From Methylotenera sp. (lineage in GTDB: Bacteria > Pseudomonadota > Gammaproteobacteria > Burkholderiales > Methylophilaceae), in contig NZ_DASWWA010000027.1 of the NCBI RefSeq assembly GCF_036401095.1, positions 25,091 through 89,090 on the forward strand: a DNA stretch of 64,000 nt, written 5' to 3'. Numbering within the stretch: position 1 is the stretch's first letter; the number at the start of each line of letters is the position of its first letter. Under the pieces are notes generated by a model. That model ran no database searches and had not been told where the DNA came from. It worked only from the letters and a program-made list of their open reading frames with translations. Of this stretch, positions 38,813 to 49,411 are shown piece after piece. The position numbers and the translations under genes are program-made.

Positions 38813-39850
38813 TTACAGCAGATTGTCTTCCTTAAGCCTATGAAAAGCTAATCGTATTTCTTCCTCTGGAAACACATTTCGTTTATTCTTTTCTAGAGCA
38901 ACCATCTCTGAGGCAATGTATTTAATATCGTTGTTACCTACCTCTGATGTAGTGGCTAGCTTATGTACAGTAGATAGCAACTCTAGACCGTACGGAGTTT
39001 CAAATCCATCAACTAGCTTCGTTAAATTATCTATAACTGCTTCGCTTTTCTCATCATTTTTCAAATAGTCTTCTGCAACTGCAAATCCAGCCGGCGTAAC
39101 ATGTGCTTCTCTATCTGTTTGAAAGCCGGCTATTAATTTGTAATCAACCTCAAGAGCAACTATCGCTTTTTTTAAAGCTTCTGAATATGGTCCATAAAGA
39201 TTTTTAGTGAAATCCAGATTTAATGGCACACCCATAACCTGCAAAAAATAAGCAATCTTCTGAAGAGAAAGGCGATCCAATACCCCCCCAAAAGAAGTTT
39301 CAAGCTCGGCAATCGATTTTAGAAAAATCGCCCTACCTTGAGTCATTTTTAAATTCGTATCAACATACTCTGGATCGTCACTTTCATTTAAAGGTGCGTA
39401 AATAGAAACACTAACATCATCCAATACAGACAGTTTTTCCAATATGATTGGGCGCACCACATCCCAATCAAGCCCACCATTACCGCACCCCAATGGTGGA
39501 AGAGCTATTGATTTAATTTTGTATCTTTTTATATCACCGACTAAGGCATCTAGCCCTTCGGAAATATATTCCAGTTTAGATTTGGCTCGCCAGTGATCTT
39601 TTGTTGGAAAGTTCACAATAAATTTAGGCTCGCTTTTACCAAACAAATTTGTAAGCTCGAATATCAGCATGGAGCCAGGACGCAAAACTTTGGCATTGCA
39701 CGCCTTCTTGTAAGCTTTGTAGTTCTCTGGCCAACGACGCTTGAACTCAAGCGCTACTCCCTTACCCATGACTCCGACGCAATTAACCGTGTTTACCAAG
39801 GCTTCGGCTTTATCTAAAAACAAATCCCCTGATTTGAATGTAATACTCAT
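38813..39850 (-). CDS. darG: DarG antitoxin (macrodomain ADP-ribosyl glycohydrolase)
   Basis: GDL...AEALVNTVNCVGVMGKGVALEFK, IVNFPTKDHWR, IALPPLGCGNGGLDW, then a C-terminal LQKIAYFLQ...YGPYS domain. ATGA overlap with the darT stop. Confidence 0.92.
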   Translation of the reverse strand: MSITFKSGDLFLDKAEALVNTVNCVGVMGKGVALEFKRRWPENYKAYKKACNAKVLRPGSMLIFELTNLFGKSEPKFIVNFPTKDHWRAKSKLEYISEGLDALVGDIKRYKIKSIALPPLGCGNGGLDWDVVRPIILEKLSVLDDVSVSIYAPLNESDDPEYVDTNLKMTQGRAIFLKSIAELETSFGGVLDRLSLQKIAYFLQVMGVPLNLDFTKNLYGPYSEALKKAIVALEVDYKLIAGFQTDREAHVTPAGFAVAEDYLKNDEKSEAVIDNLTKLVDGFETPYGLELLSTVHKLATTSEVGNNDIKYIASEMVALEKNKRNVFPEEEIRLAFHRLKEDNLL

Positions 39851-40572
39851 ATCACAAAACATCCAGGTTTAGAATAAACAGGTAATTGATAACCAGCAGA
39901 TTGAATCATATTACTCACAAGAGCTTGTTTTTGTGCATTTGGAGCCACCACGCAAATGAACGTGTTCATAGGAACCGCAGTGCGAACCAAAAACTCTGCC
40001 ATTCTAATTGACCCACGTCGCTGATATCGTTCAGGCGTTGCTCTGCTATAAAAAAACTTACATGCCCCTCTATATCCAATTTCAGGGATTTCACCTGCAA
40101 AATAAAACTCATCCTCGTCAAACATAGTCCAGTCTATGTGGCTTTCAAGCATATTAATATCACTAACAACAATTGGCTTAGGTACTGTCGTAGTAAGTGC
40201 ATAGTTACTAAAACAACATTCTAGACCAGCAATGTATAAATCCGTAACTCTAGCGACCAAAAAAACTCTATCATCTAATCGAGATTTTGTTGATGCTGCT
40301 CCATCATTGGGCGGTATCACATCTACAGACCCACGATGAATGGCACAGGTAAATGACGTTAACGGGGAGAAATAGAAAGCAACGCAGTCATTAACCACCC
40401 CACCAAAAGGTAGCTGAAAATTATTTGTGCCACGCCGTTGAACTAGATTCTGATAACTAGTTTGATGACAGATCTGTGGATTAGGATGGTTTTTTGAACG
40501 AACCTCTCCATCTGCTAGAAATGTTGGTAGATCTCTATAGTCTATCTGTCTAAATACAAATCGCTCTGGCAT
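39847..40572 (-). CDS. darT: DarT toxin (DUF4433 ssDNA ADP-ribosyltransferase), divergent
   Basis: L..FL..G.V...N, QRR, GGVVNDCVAFYFSP, DW and AEFLV (Glu193) motifs. Translationally coupled to darG. Confidence 0.85.
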   Translation of the reverse strand: MPERFVFRQIDYRDLPTFLADGEVRSKNHPNPQICHQTSYQNLVQRRGTNNFQLPFGGVVNDCVAFYFSPLTSFTCAIHRGSVDVIPPNDGAASTKSRLDDRVFLVARVTDLYIAGLECCFSNYALTTTVPKPIVVSDINMLESHIDWTMFDEDEFYFAGEIPEIGYRGACKFFYSRATPERYQRRGSIRMAEFLVRTAVPMNTFICVVAPNAQKQALVSNMIQSAGYQLPVYSKPGCFVI

Positions 40573-40661
40573 TACCTGAACCTACACCTTTAATGGCTAT
40601 ATGTTGTTACTATACTGAAATAATTGACTAATTAATAATGAAAATAAAATACATGTTCCAG

Positions 40662-40695
40662 AAAACAAAACCCGCCGAAGCGGGTTTGTTTTTTT
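40662..40695. terminator. groEL terminator (bidirectional), containing direct repeat copy 2 at 40662-40685
   Basis: Minus strand ACCCGC-TTCG-GCGGGT-TTTGTTTT, with A/T runs on both sides. Confidence 0.9.
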
Positions 40696-40740
40696 GCAAT
40701 GCTTGTTAGGGCATTTTGCTTTGAGCAGAAAATTGAGACT

Positions 40741-40794
40741 AGGCGCGCAAGCCGCAGACAATACAATGAGTATGGCAAGGCTTGCGCAACGCAG
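40741..40794 (+). repeat. Palindromic intergenic repeat, copy A
   Basis: Stem GCGCAAGCC/GGCTTGCGC around core GCAGACAATACAATGAGTATGGCAAG. Confidence 0.65.
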
Positions 40795-40820
40795 TATCAA
40801 TGAACTGCTTAAATGCAAAA

Positions 40821-42521
<1,701 letters not shown>

Positions 42522-42522
42522 T

Positions 42523-42603
42523 TAGCGATAGGCGTGAAAGATTTTTTTTGTGCATACAGTACGATTAGTACGGCAAGCAAAAAAATCTTGAGCAACAACG
42601 CTA
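42523..42603 (+). repeat. Palindromic intergenic repeat, copy B
   Basis: Stem AAGATTTTTTTTG/CAAAAAAATCTT around core GCATACAGTACGATTAGTACGGCAAG (21/26 identical to copy A). Confidence 0.65.
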
Positions 42604-42626
42604 TAAACTGTTACAAGCACTCAGAT

Positions 42627-42914
42627 TTATTCGACGATAGCCATGATGTCTTCTTCGCGCATAACTAGTAGCTCTTCACCGTCAACTTTAACAGTTTGGC
42701 CTGCGTATTTGCCGAAAAGCACTTTGTCGCCTACTTTAACGTCAAGGGCAATTACTTTGCCGCTTTCGTCGCGCTTGCCTGAACCAACAGCTTGAATAAC
42801 GCCTTGATCTGGTTTTTCTGTTGCGCTATCTGGGATTACAATGCCAGACGCGGTTGTGCGCTCTTCTTCTGAACGTTTAACAATCACGCGGTCGTGTAAT
42901 GGACGAATTTTCAT
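42627..42914 (-). CDS. groS: Co-chaperonin GroES
   Basis: [14 protein letters not shown]...TASGIVIPD...EKP motif. Confidence 0.99.
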   Translation of the reverse strand: MKIRPLHDRVIVKRSEEERTTASGIVIPDSATEKPDQGVIQAVGSGKRDESGKVIALDVKVGDKVLFGKYAGQTVKVDGEELLVMREEDIMAIVE

Positions 42915-42982
42915 TCAATTTCTCCTGATGAGTTATGCAAATAAATTGGTTAAATACAAAATTGTATAGGTAATGCCGCATT

Positions 42983-43009
42983 TTAGCACTCCCGTATCTC
43001 GATTGCTAA
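42983..43009. promoter_or_regulatory. CIRCE element (HrcA operator)
   Basis: TTAGCACTC-N9-GATTGCTAA, one mismatch to TTAGCACTC-N9-GAGTGCTAA. Confidence 0.85.
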
Positions 43010-43036
43010 TTTGGGGACCAATTAAGTGATTTCAAG
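43009..43036 (-). promoter_or_regulatory. Sigma32 promoter of groESL
   Basis: Minus strand CTTGAA-N14-CCCCAAAT versus consensus CTTGAA-N13/14-CCCCATNT. Confidence 0.8.
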
Positions 43037-43271
43037 AGCTATCATTAAAATATTCGCAATTGTCGCTGCCATCTAAATTTGGCTTGCACACGTATAGTTG
43101 TGCTCTCCTGTGAGTACAGGCTTTCTCAACTGTACTCTAAAAACTCTCCGCTTCTGTGTCTGGTTTGCATCTGTGATCTACCTTACGATGGCCGTAATCG
43201 TTATTCCGTATTCATGCGCGGCAAGCTTTTACCAAAAGCAGCCCGTATTTTAAAATTTTAAGTAAAGATTT

Positions 43272-45596
43272 ATGTCACAGCCAAAAGCCGTTATTAAGCC
43301 ATACCATCATCCTGCCGCCGGTTGGGGGGCATTAAAACAAGTTGCAGCGCAGCTTGCGTTACAGAAAATTCCAGTGAAGGGTGTTATGACCCTGCTTGCC
43401 CAGAACCAGCCAGATGGTTTTGATTGCCCAGGCTGCGCCTGGCCTGATAAAGAGCACACTTCTACTTTTGAGTTCTGTGAAAACGGCGTGAAAGCGGTTG
43501 CCGCTGAAGCCACTGCCAAGCGTGTGCCGCCTGAGTTTTTTGCTAAACACACTGTTACTGAGTTAATGGAGTGGAGCGATTTTGATCTGGAAAATGAAGG
43601 TCGCTTAACTCATCCTATGCGCTATAACCCAGCAACGGACAAGTATGAGGTGGTTTCATGGGATGGTGCATTTGAGCTGATGGCGGCGCATTTAAATGTG
43701 TTAGCTGACCCGAATGAGGCGATTTTCTACACGTCTGGTCGCGCCAGCAATGAAGCGGCTTTTCTTTATCAGCTGTTTGTACGTGAATTCGGCACCAATA
43801 ACTTCCCAGATTGTTCCAATCTCTGCCACGAATCTACCAGCATGGCCTTGCCGCCTACCGTGGGCATAGGTAAAGGCTCGGTGACTCTGCATGACTTTGA
43901 GCATGCGGACACTTTGCTGATTTTTGGCCAAAACCCTGCGACCAATCACCCACGCATGTTGGGTGAGTTACGTGAGGCCGCCAAACGTGGCGCACGCATC
44001 GTTGCGATTAACCCATTGAAAGAGCGTGGTCTGGAGCGTTTTGCCGACCCGCAAAGTCCATTCGATATGTTGTCTTTTAAGGGCAGCAAGATTAGCGGTT
44101 TGTTTATCCAGCCTAAGCTGGGCGGAGACTTGGCTTTGATCAAGGGTATGATCAAGTTCGTGATTAAGTGGGATGACGAAGCGATCAAACATGGCACAGA
44201 GCGTGTTGTGGACTTTGCGTTTATTCAGCAGCACACCAATAACTTTGAAGCGATTGCCGAAGACGCGCGCCAGGAAAGCTGGGATCTGATTCTGGAAGAG
44301 TCCGGTGTGCCATTAGCGCAGATTGAAGAGCTTGCCCGTATTTATGCAACGGGTGATCGCGTGATCTCAACTTGGGGTATGGGGATTACTCAGCACAAGC
44401 ACGGCGTGGCTACCATCAAAACTTTGGTCAATCTGATGCTGCTACGTGGCAATATCGGCAAAGAAGGTGCAGGCTTATGCCCAGTGCGTGGGCATAGCAA
44501 TGTGCAAGGTAACCGTACTGTAGGCATTTATGAAAAGATGCCATTGGCGTTTCTTGAAAGCCTTGATCGTGTATTTGATCTCAATGTACCCAAAGTGCCA
44601 GGTTACGATGCGGTGGCCGCTATTCAGGCCATGATTGATGGTAAAGCTAAATTCTTCTTTGGTTTGGGCGGCAACTTCTCAATTTCTACACCAGATACAG
44701 ACCGTACCTGGCAGGGCATGCGTAATTGTGATCTGACTGCTCATGTCACAACCAAGCTTAACCGTAGTCATCTGGTGCATGGGAAAGAAGCCCTGATTCT
44801 GCCATGCCTTGGTCGTACAGAAATCGACACGCAGGAAACTGGCGCGCAAGGCGTAACGGTGGAGGACTCCATGAGTATGGTGCACGTCTCCTACGGTATG
44901 AATAAGCCAGCGTCACCGCAGTTACTTTCTGAGCCCGCCATCGTGGCGCGCTTTGCACATGCCACACTCAAGCACAGTAAAACACCGTGGCTGGAATACA
45001 TTAAGGATTACAGTAAAATCCGTGACGCGATAGAGCAGACCATGCCGGAGGCATTTAAAGACTACAACCAACGCATCAGGCAGCCTGGCGGTTTCCGTAT
45101 GCCGGTGCCTTCTAGCGAGCGTATTTGGAACACACCATCAGGAAAAGCCGAGTTCAGTGTGCAAGATATCCCGTCTCGTTCGCCTATCCACCAGGCGCGC
45201 GAGCAATATGGCGACCAACTGTTCGTGCTGATGACTACGCGCTCACACGATCAGTACAACACTACGATCTATGGCATGGATGACCGTTATCGCGGTGTGT
45301 TTGGTCAACGCCGCGTTATCTTCATGAACCCGGCAGATATCACACGCATGGGGTTAGTGGCAGGTGACTGGATTAACCTGGTTAGCGTCTGGCAGGATGG
45401 CATTACGCGCCGCTCGGACAAGTTCTTAGTCGTATCCTACGACATTCCTCAGGGTTGCTTGAGTGGTTACTATCCGGAAACCAATAATCTGGTGCCGCTG
45501 GAGAGTGTGGCCGATCACTCACGCACACCAACCTCGAAGTCCATCCCGGTGATTATCGAGAAAACTACGGCACCTGAGGTGGCTAATGCTGCTTGA
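43272..45596 (+). CDS. FdhF/YdeP-family molybdopterin oxidoreductase
   Basis: AAGWGAL, GFDCPGCAW, FCENG.KAVA.E, YTSGRASNEAAF, NNFPDCSNLCHE, RGHSNVQG and RSHDQYNTTIYG.DDRYRGVFG motifs. Confidence 0.92.
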   Translation: MSQPKAVIKPYHHPAAGWGALKQVAAQLALQKIPVKGVMTLLAQNQPDGFDCPGCAWPDKEHTSTFEFCENGVKAVAAEATAKRVPPEFFAKHTVTELMEWSDFDLENEGRLTHPMRYNPATDKYEVVSWDGAFELMAAHLNVLADPNEAIFYTSGRASNEAAFLYQLFVREFGTNNFPDCSNLCHESTSMALPPTVGIGKGSVTLHDFEHADTLLIFGQNPATNHPRMLGELREAAKRGARIVAINPLKERGLERFADPQSPFDMLSFKGSKISGLFIQPKLGGDLALIKGMIKFVIKWDDEAIKHGTERVVDFAFIQQHTNNFEAIAEDARQESWDLILEESGVPLAQIEELARIYATGDRVISTWGMGITQHKHGVATIKTLVNLMLLRGNIGKEGAGLCPVRGHSNVQGNRTVGIYEKMPLAFLESLDRVFDLNVPKVPGYDAVAAIQAMIDGKAKFFFGLGGNFSISTPDTDRTWQGMRNCDLTAHVTTKLNRSHLVHGKEALILPCLGRTEIDTQETGAQGVTVEDSMSMVHVSYGMNKPASPQLLSEPAIVARFAHATLKHSKTPWLEYIKDYSKIRDAIEQTMPEAFKDYNQRIRQPGGFRMPVPSSERIWNTPSGKAEFSVQDIPSRSPIHQAREQYGDQLFVLMTTRSHDQYNTTIYGMDDRYRGVFGQRRVIFMNPADITRMGLVAGDWINLVSVWQDGITRRSDKFLVVSYDIPQGCLSGYYPETNNLVPLESVADHSRTPTSKSIPVIIEKTTAPEVANAA

Positions 45597-45954
45597 GTGT
45601 GATCATCATGAAGTGCAGGTGAGCGCGGGCTTTGTTTATGGTTCGCTTGACGCTGTAACGCTGGATTCTGTTCAGCTAGAGCCAGTTCAATTAAATCCGG
45701 TTCAATTAGACCATAGCGCCGTGCTGATGCTAGGCATACTGGAGCTGCTGCATGCAGAGCATGAAGCAGGCCGTGCGCATGTGTCGCTCGCTGTTATTTG
45801 CAAGCGTCTGGATATCCGCATGAGTACGCTGCAACGGTTGATGACTGCATTAAGCGAGCAAGTGCTGGTGGAAGTTTCCACGCAAAAGGAGCGGCTGGTT
45901 GCTGCACTGACGGCTAGCGGTGAGGAGCTTTCTTTCGCATTGCAGGCGGCTTAA
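45586..45954 (+). CDS. Small winged-helix protein
   Basis: SLAVICKRLDIRMSTLQRLMTAL....LV...LT..G pattern. Overlaps the oxidoreductase stop. Confidence 0.6.
   Translation: MLLECDHHEVQVSAGFVYGSLDAVTLDSVQLEPVQLNPVQLDHSAVLMLGILELLHAEHEAGRAHVSLAVICKRLDIRMSTLQRLMTALSEQVLVEVSTQKERLVAALTASGEELSFALQAA
45646..45711 (+). repeat. Degenerate 15-bp in-frame tandem repeat
   Basis: Encodes LDAVT-LDSVQ-LEPVQ-LNPVQ-LD. Confidence 0.7.
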
Positions 45955-46074
45955 GACTACCCAACCACGAACCTAGAACGAGCTATCAAGCGAACCTAAG
46001 GTGGTGACGTAAGCTGTGCAGGGGTAGGCTGTAGTATACTTGTCGATAACAAGAACCCTCCCACTTGGCCACCC

Positions 46075-47526
46075 ATGAAGCTTTATGTCTCGTTTGCCGC
46101 TCGCATACGCGCAATGATCGATGAAGGCGTTTTAAAGCCGGCGGACAAGATTTTTTCGGTGCGGCAGGCCAGCCAGAAATATGGGCTCAGCATCAGCACC
46201 GTATTACGTGCTTATCTGCTGTTGGAGCAGGAGGGGGTTATCAGTAGTCACCCTCAGTCAGGCTACTATGTCACACCGCGTAAGCGCCTGCAGCAGCGCC
46301 ATGCATCTCCGCTTGCCAAGGACCTTAATCTTTCCGAAGTCGATGCGAGTAAGCTGGTACTCACTACGCTTAAATCCATCCGCGAATTTGGCACTGTGCC
46401 GCTAGGTTCACCATTCCCAGATCCACAGCTGTTCCCACTCAAGAAAATCCATCAGTATGAAAAAGCCCTGACCGATGACGAGGGAGAGTGGGGCGTGTTG
46501 AGCGACTTACCACCCGGCAACGAAATGCTGCGTCAGCAGATTGCACGTCGCTATCTAGCTAGTGACATAGATGTATCACCGGACGATATTGTCATCACGC
46601 ATGGCGCCACCGAGGCTATCACCCTCTGCCTGCAGGCCGTGGCCAAGGCGGGAGATACCATTGCGCTGGAGTCTCCCGGCTATTATGCGCTGGCACATAC
46701 CGTGGAGCGGCTGGGGATGAAAGTCGCTGAGATTCGTACCGATCCTGAATCTGGTATTGATCTGGATGCGTTGCGTGCGGCGACAGCGGATACGCGTATT
46801 GCGGCGGTGATTCTGACTACCAATTTTCAGAATCCGCTAGGCTTTGTCATGCCTGAGGCAAAAAAGCAGGCGTTGGTGGAATTTCTTGCTGAGCAGGATA
46901 TTCCGCTGATTGAGGATGATGTCTATAGTGAGCTGTACTTTAGCAATGAGCCGCCTTTGCCCGCCAAGGCCTATGACCGCTCGGGCATGGTGCTGCACTG
47001 CTCGTCGTTCTCTAAGTCGCTGGCACCTGGCTACCGCGTGGGCTGGACCAGTGCAGGACGCTATCGCCAAGAGGTAGAGCGACTGATGTTTCTTAACAGT
47101 CTATCGCTGACCTCAGCGCCGCAGATTGCGATTGCCAAATTTATGCAGCGAGACAGCTTTGAACAGCACCTTAAGCAGCTGCGGCATACCTTACGCTCGA
47201 ATTATGTGTTGATCCGCAATGTGATAGAGCAAAGTTTCCCGGTCGGCACAGAGCTTTCTGTCCCTAAGGGTGGCTACGTGTTATGGGTAAAGCTCCCTCC
47301 GGCGCTAGATGCACTACAGCTTTATCGTGCAGCGATCGACAACGGCATCACCGTAGCGCCTGGTACCATTTTTTCACGCAAAAAAGAACTTACCCACTAT
47401 ATACGCCTTAATTTTAGCCATCTTTGGACACTTGCAATCGAACAGGCTGTGCGTGATGTGGGCGCCCTTGCCTGCGAGATGCTAGCATCAGCAAGGCCTA
47501 GTCCGGATGACAGTACTAGTGACTAG
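46075..47526 (+). CDS. MocR/GabR-type GntR regulator with PLP aminotransferase domain
   Basis: N-terminal GntR HTH (SVRQ...SISTVLRAY..LEQEG.I...PQSGYYV), IEDDVY and SFSKSLAPGYRVGW (PLP Lys). Confidence 0.92.
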   Translation: MKLYVSFAARIRAMIDEGVLKPADKIFSVRQASQKYGLSISTVLRAYLLLEQEGVISSHPQSGYYVTPRKRLQQRHASPLAKDLNLSEVDASKLVLTTLKSIREFGTVPLGSPFPDPQLFPLKKIHQYEKALTDDEGEWGVLSDLPPGNEMLRQQIARRYLASDIDVSPDDIVITHGATEAITLCLQAVAKAGDTIALESPGYYALAHTVERLGMKVAEIRTDPESGIDLDALRAATADTRIAAVILTTNFQNPLGFVMPEAKKQALVEFLAEQDIPLIEDDVYSELYFSNEPPLPAKAYDRSGMVLHCSSFSKSLAPGYRVGWTSAGRYRQEVERLMFLNSLSLTSAPQIAIAKFMQRDSFEQHLKQLRHTLRSNYVLIRNVIEQSFPVGTELSVPKGGYVLWVKLPPALDALQLYRAAIDNGITVAPGTIFSRKKELTHYIRLNFSHLWTLAIEQAVRDVGALACEMLASARPSPDDSTSD

Positions 47527-47638
47527 CAAAGACATTGCATGTAGTAAAAGGCATTTGGTATGCCTAAGCTTACCGCATGTTTAAACTTAAAATATTGTCT
47601 AAATTTACGACGACAGTAATCAACATCAGGATCAAAGT

Positions 47639-48709
47639 ATGCAATACACCAAGCTTGCCCACACCGATTTAAACGTTTCTAAAGTCTGCTTAGGTACCAT
47701 GACCTATGGCGACCAGAATACTGAGGCCGAAGCACATGAGCAGTTAGATTATGCGATGGCGCGCGGCATTAATTTTATAGATACGGCTGAAATGTACCCG
47801 GTACCGCCCAAGGCTGATACTTATACACGTACGGAATCTATGGTGGGGACTTGGTTAAAAAAACAGCCGCGTGACCAAATCATACTGGCTGGTAAAGTTT
47901 CTGGTCCACGTCGTGGCTTGGATTGGATCCGTGGCGGCCCACCATCGTTAGATCGTGCCAATATTCGGGCCGCGATTGAGGGATCGTTACAGCGTATGCA
48001 GACTGATTATATCGATTTATACCAACTGCATTGGCCAGAGCGTAACGTGCCGATGTTTGGACAATATCAGTTTGACCCTGCGGGTGAGTTTGAGTCTGGC
48101 GTTTACCAGCAAGGTGAAGAAAAAGTGTGGGTGTCGATACAAAACCAGCTGGAAACGCTGGCTGAGTTGGTGCAAGAAGGCAAAGTGCGCTATGTCGGCT
48201 TATCCAATGAGCAGCCGTGGGGCGTGATGGAATTTGTGCGTATCGCTAAGGCATATAACCTGCCACACATTGCCAGCGTACAAAACTGCTATAACCTGAT
48301 TAACCGTGGCATGGAGTTTGGCATGGCTGAAGTGCTATATCGCGAGCAAGTGGGTTTGCTTGCGTATTCACCGCTGGCGTTCGGGCACCTCACTGCAAAA
48401 TACATTGATAACCCAGAGGCAAAAGGTCGCGTCACCATGTTTTTAGGCTATGCCCAGCGCTATAAAAAGCCTGGTGTATTTCCTGCGAGTGCTGCATATG
48501 CCAAGCTGGCGAGAGCGCATGGGCTTACCCCTACGCAATTAGCGTTGAGCTTTGTATATCACCGCTGGTTTGTGAGCAGTACGATTATTGGCGCAACTAC
48601 CATGCAGCAATTAAAAGAAAATATTGATGCGTGGGATACCAAGCTATCCCCAGAAGTGCTGCAAGAAATTGAGCATTTGCATTTAACCATGATGAATCCT
48701 GCGCCGTAG
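47639..48709 (+). CDS. Aldo/keto reductase (Tas-like)
   Basis: LGTMTYG.QN.EAEAH.QLD, DTAEMY, DLYQLHWPER and YSPLAFG.LT motifs. Confidence 0.92.
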   Translation: MQYTKLAHTDLNVSKVCLGTMTYGDQNTEAEAHEQLDYAMARGINFIDTAEMYPVPPKADTYTRTESMVGTWLKKQPRDQIILAGKVSGPRRGLDWIRGGPPSLDRANIRAAIEGSLQRMQTDYIDLYQLHWPERNVPMFGQYQFDPAGEFESGVYQQGEEKVWVSIQNQLETLAELVQEGKVRYVGLSNEQPWGVMEFVRIAKAYNLPHIASVQNCYNLINRGMEFGMAEVLYREQVGLLAYSPLAFGHLTAKYIDNPEAKGRVTMFLGYAQRYKKPGVFPASAAYAKLARAHGLTPTQLALSFVYHRWFVSSTIIGATTMQQLKENIDAWDTKLSPEVLQEIEHLHLTMMNPAP

Positions 48710-48883
48710 TAGTGTTAGCAGCAGTCTTTGCACAAGTGGTGCTGGTGATTCGCAGCTTGTGCGCCAAATAAATCATGTCTGAGATAACCACATTTAAAAT
48801 AATGTCTTTCTAATAAGGTGCAGCCTGCATTACAATCACGGTATTGTTTAGCTAGTATTATTTAATTGTTTAGAAAGTTCTGC

Positions 48884-49225
48884 ATGTCTCAGCTCCCATC
48901 ATGTCCGCAATGCCAATCTGAATATACGTATGAAGATGGCGATAGATACGTTTGCCCAGAGTGCGCGCATGAGTGGTTAATCGCCGGTGGTGCAGAGAGT
49001 GCGGATGAAGTGCGCATTATTAGAGATGCAAACGGTAATGTGCTACAAGATGGTGACACGATTACAGTGATTAAAGACCTGAAGGTAAAAGGTTCTTCAT
49101 TGGTAGTAAAAGTCGGCACCAAGGTCAAAAATATCCGCCTCGTGGATGGCGACCATGACATTGATTGCAAAATCGATGGTATTGGTGCAATGAAGCTAAA
49201 GTCTGAGTTTGTAAAAAAAGCGTAA
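48884..49225 (+). CDS. YjdM/PhnA-like zinc-ribbon protein
   Basis: CPQC.SEYTYED...CPEC.HEW and DANGN.LQDGD motifs. Confidence 0.9.
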   Translation: MSQLPSCPQCQSEYTYEDGDRYVCPECAHEWLIAGGAESADEVRIIRDANGNVLQDGDTITVIKDLKVKGSSLVVKVGTKVKNIRLVDGDHDIDCKIDGIGAMKLKSEFVKKA

Positions 49226-49411
49226 TAAAAGCTTGGTATAAAGCTTGCTGTTTTTAGCCGTACTGTGGTCTCCTAATTTAAGCTTGCTTAGATCTGGGCC
49301 TGACGTGGCAAGTATGCGTAGTTTAACTTTCACCCCAACTAGCACTTCAACAAAAAGGCATTAATCTGTATATTGTGAGACATACATTAATCACACCTAG
49401 TTTGACAGTTA

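Noticed and set aside
43108-43119. LexA box upstream of the FdhF/YdeP gene
   Set aside because: The spacing is CTGT-N4-ACAG, not N8.
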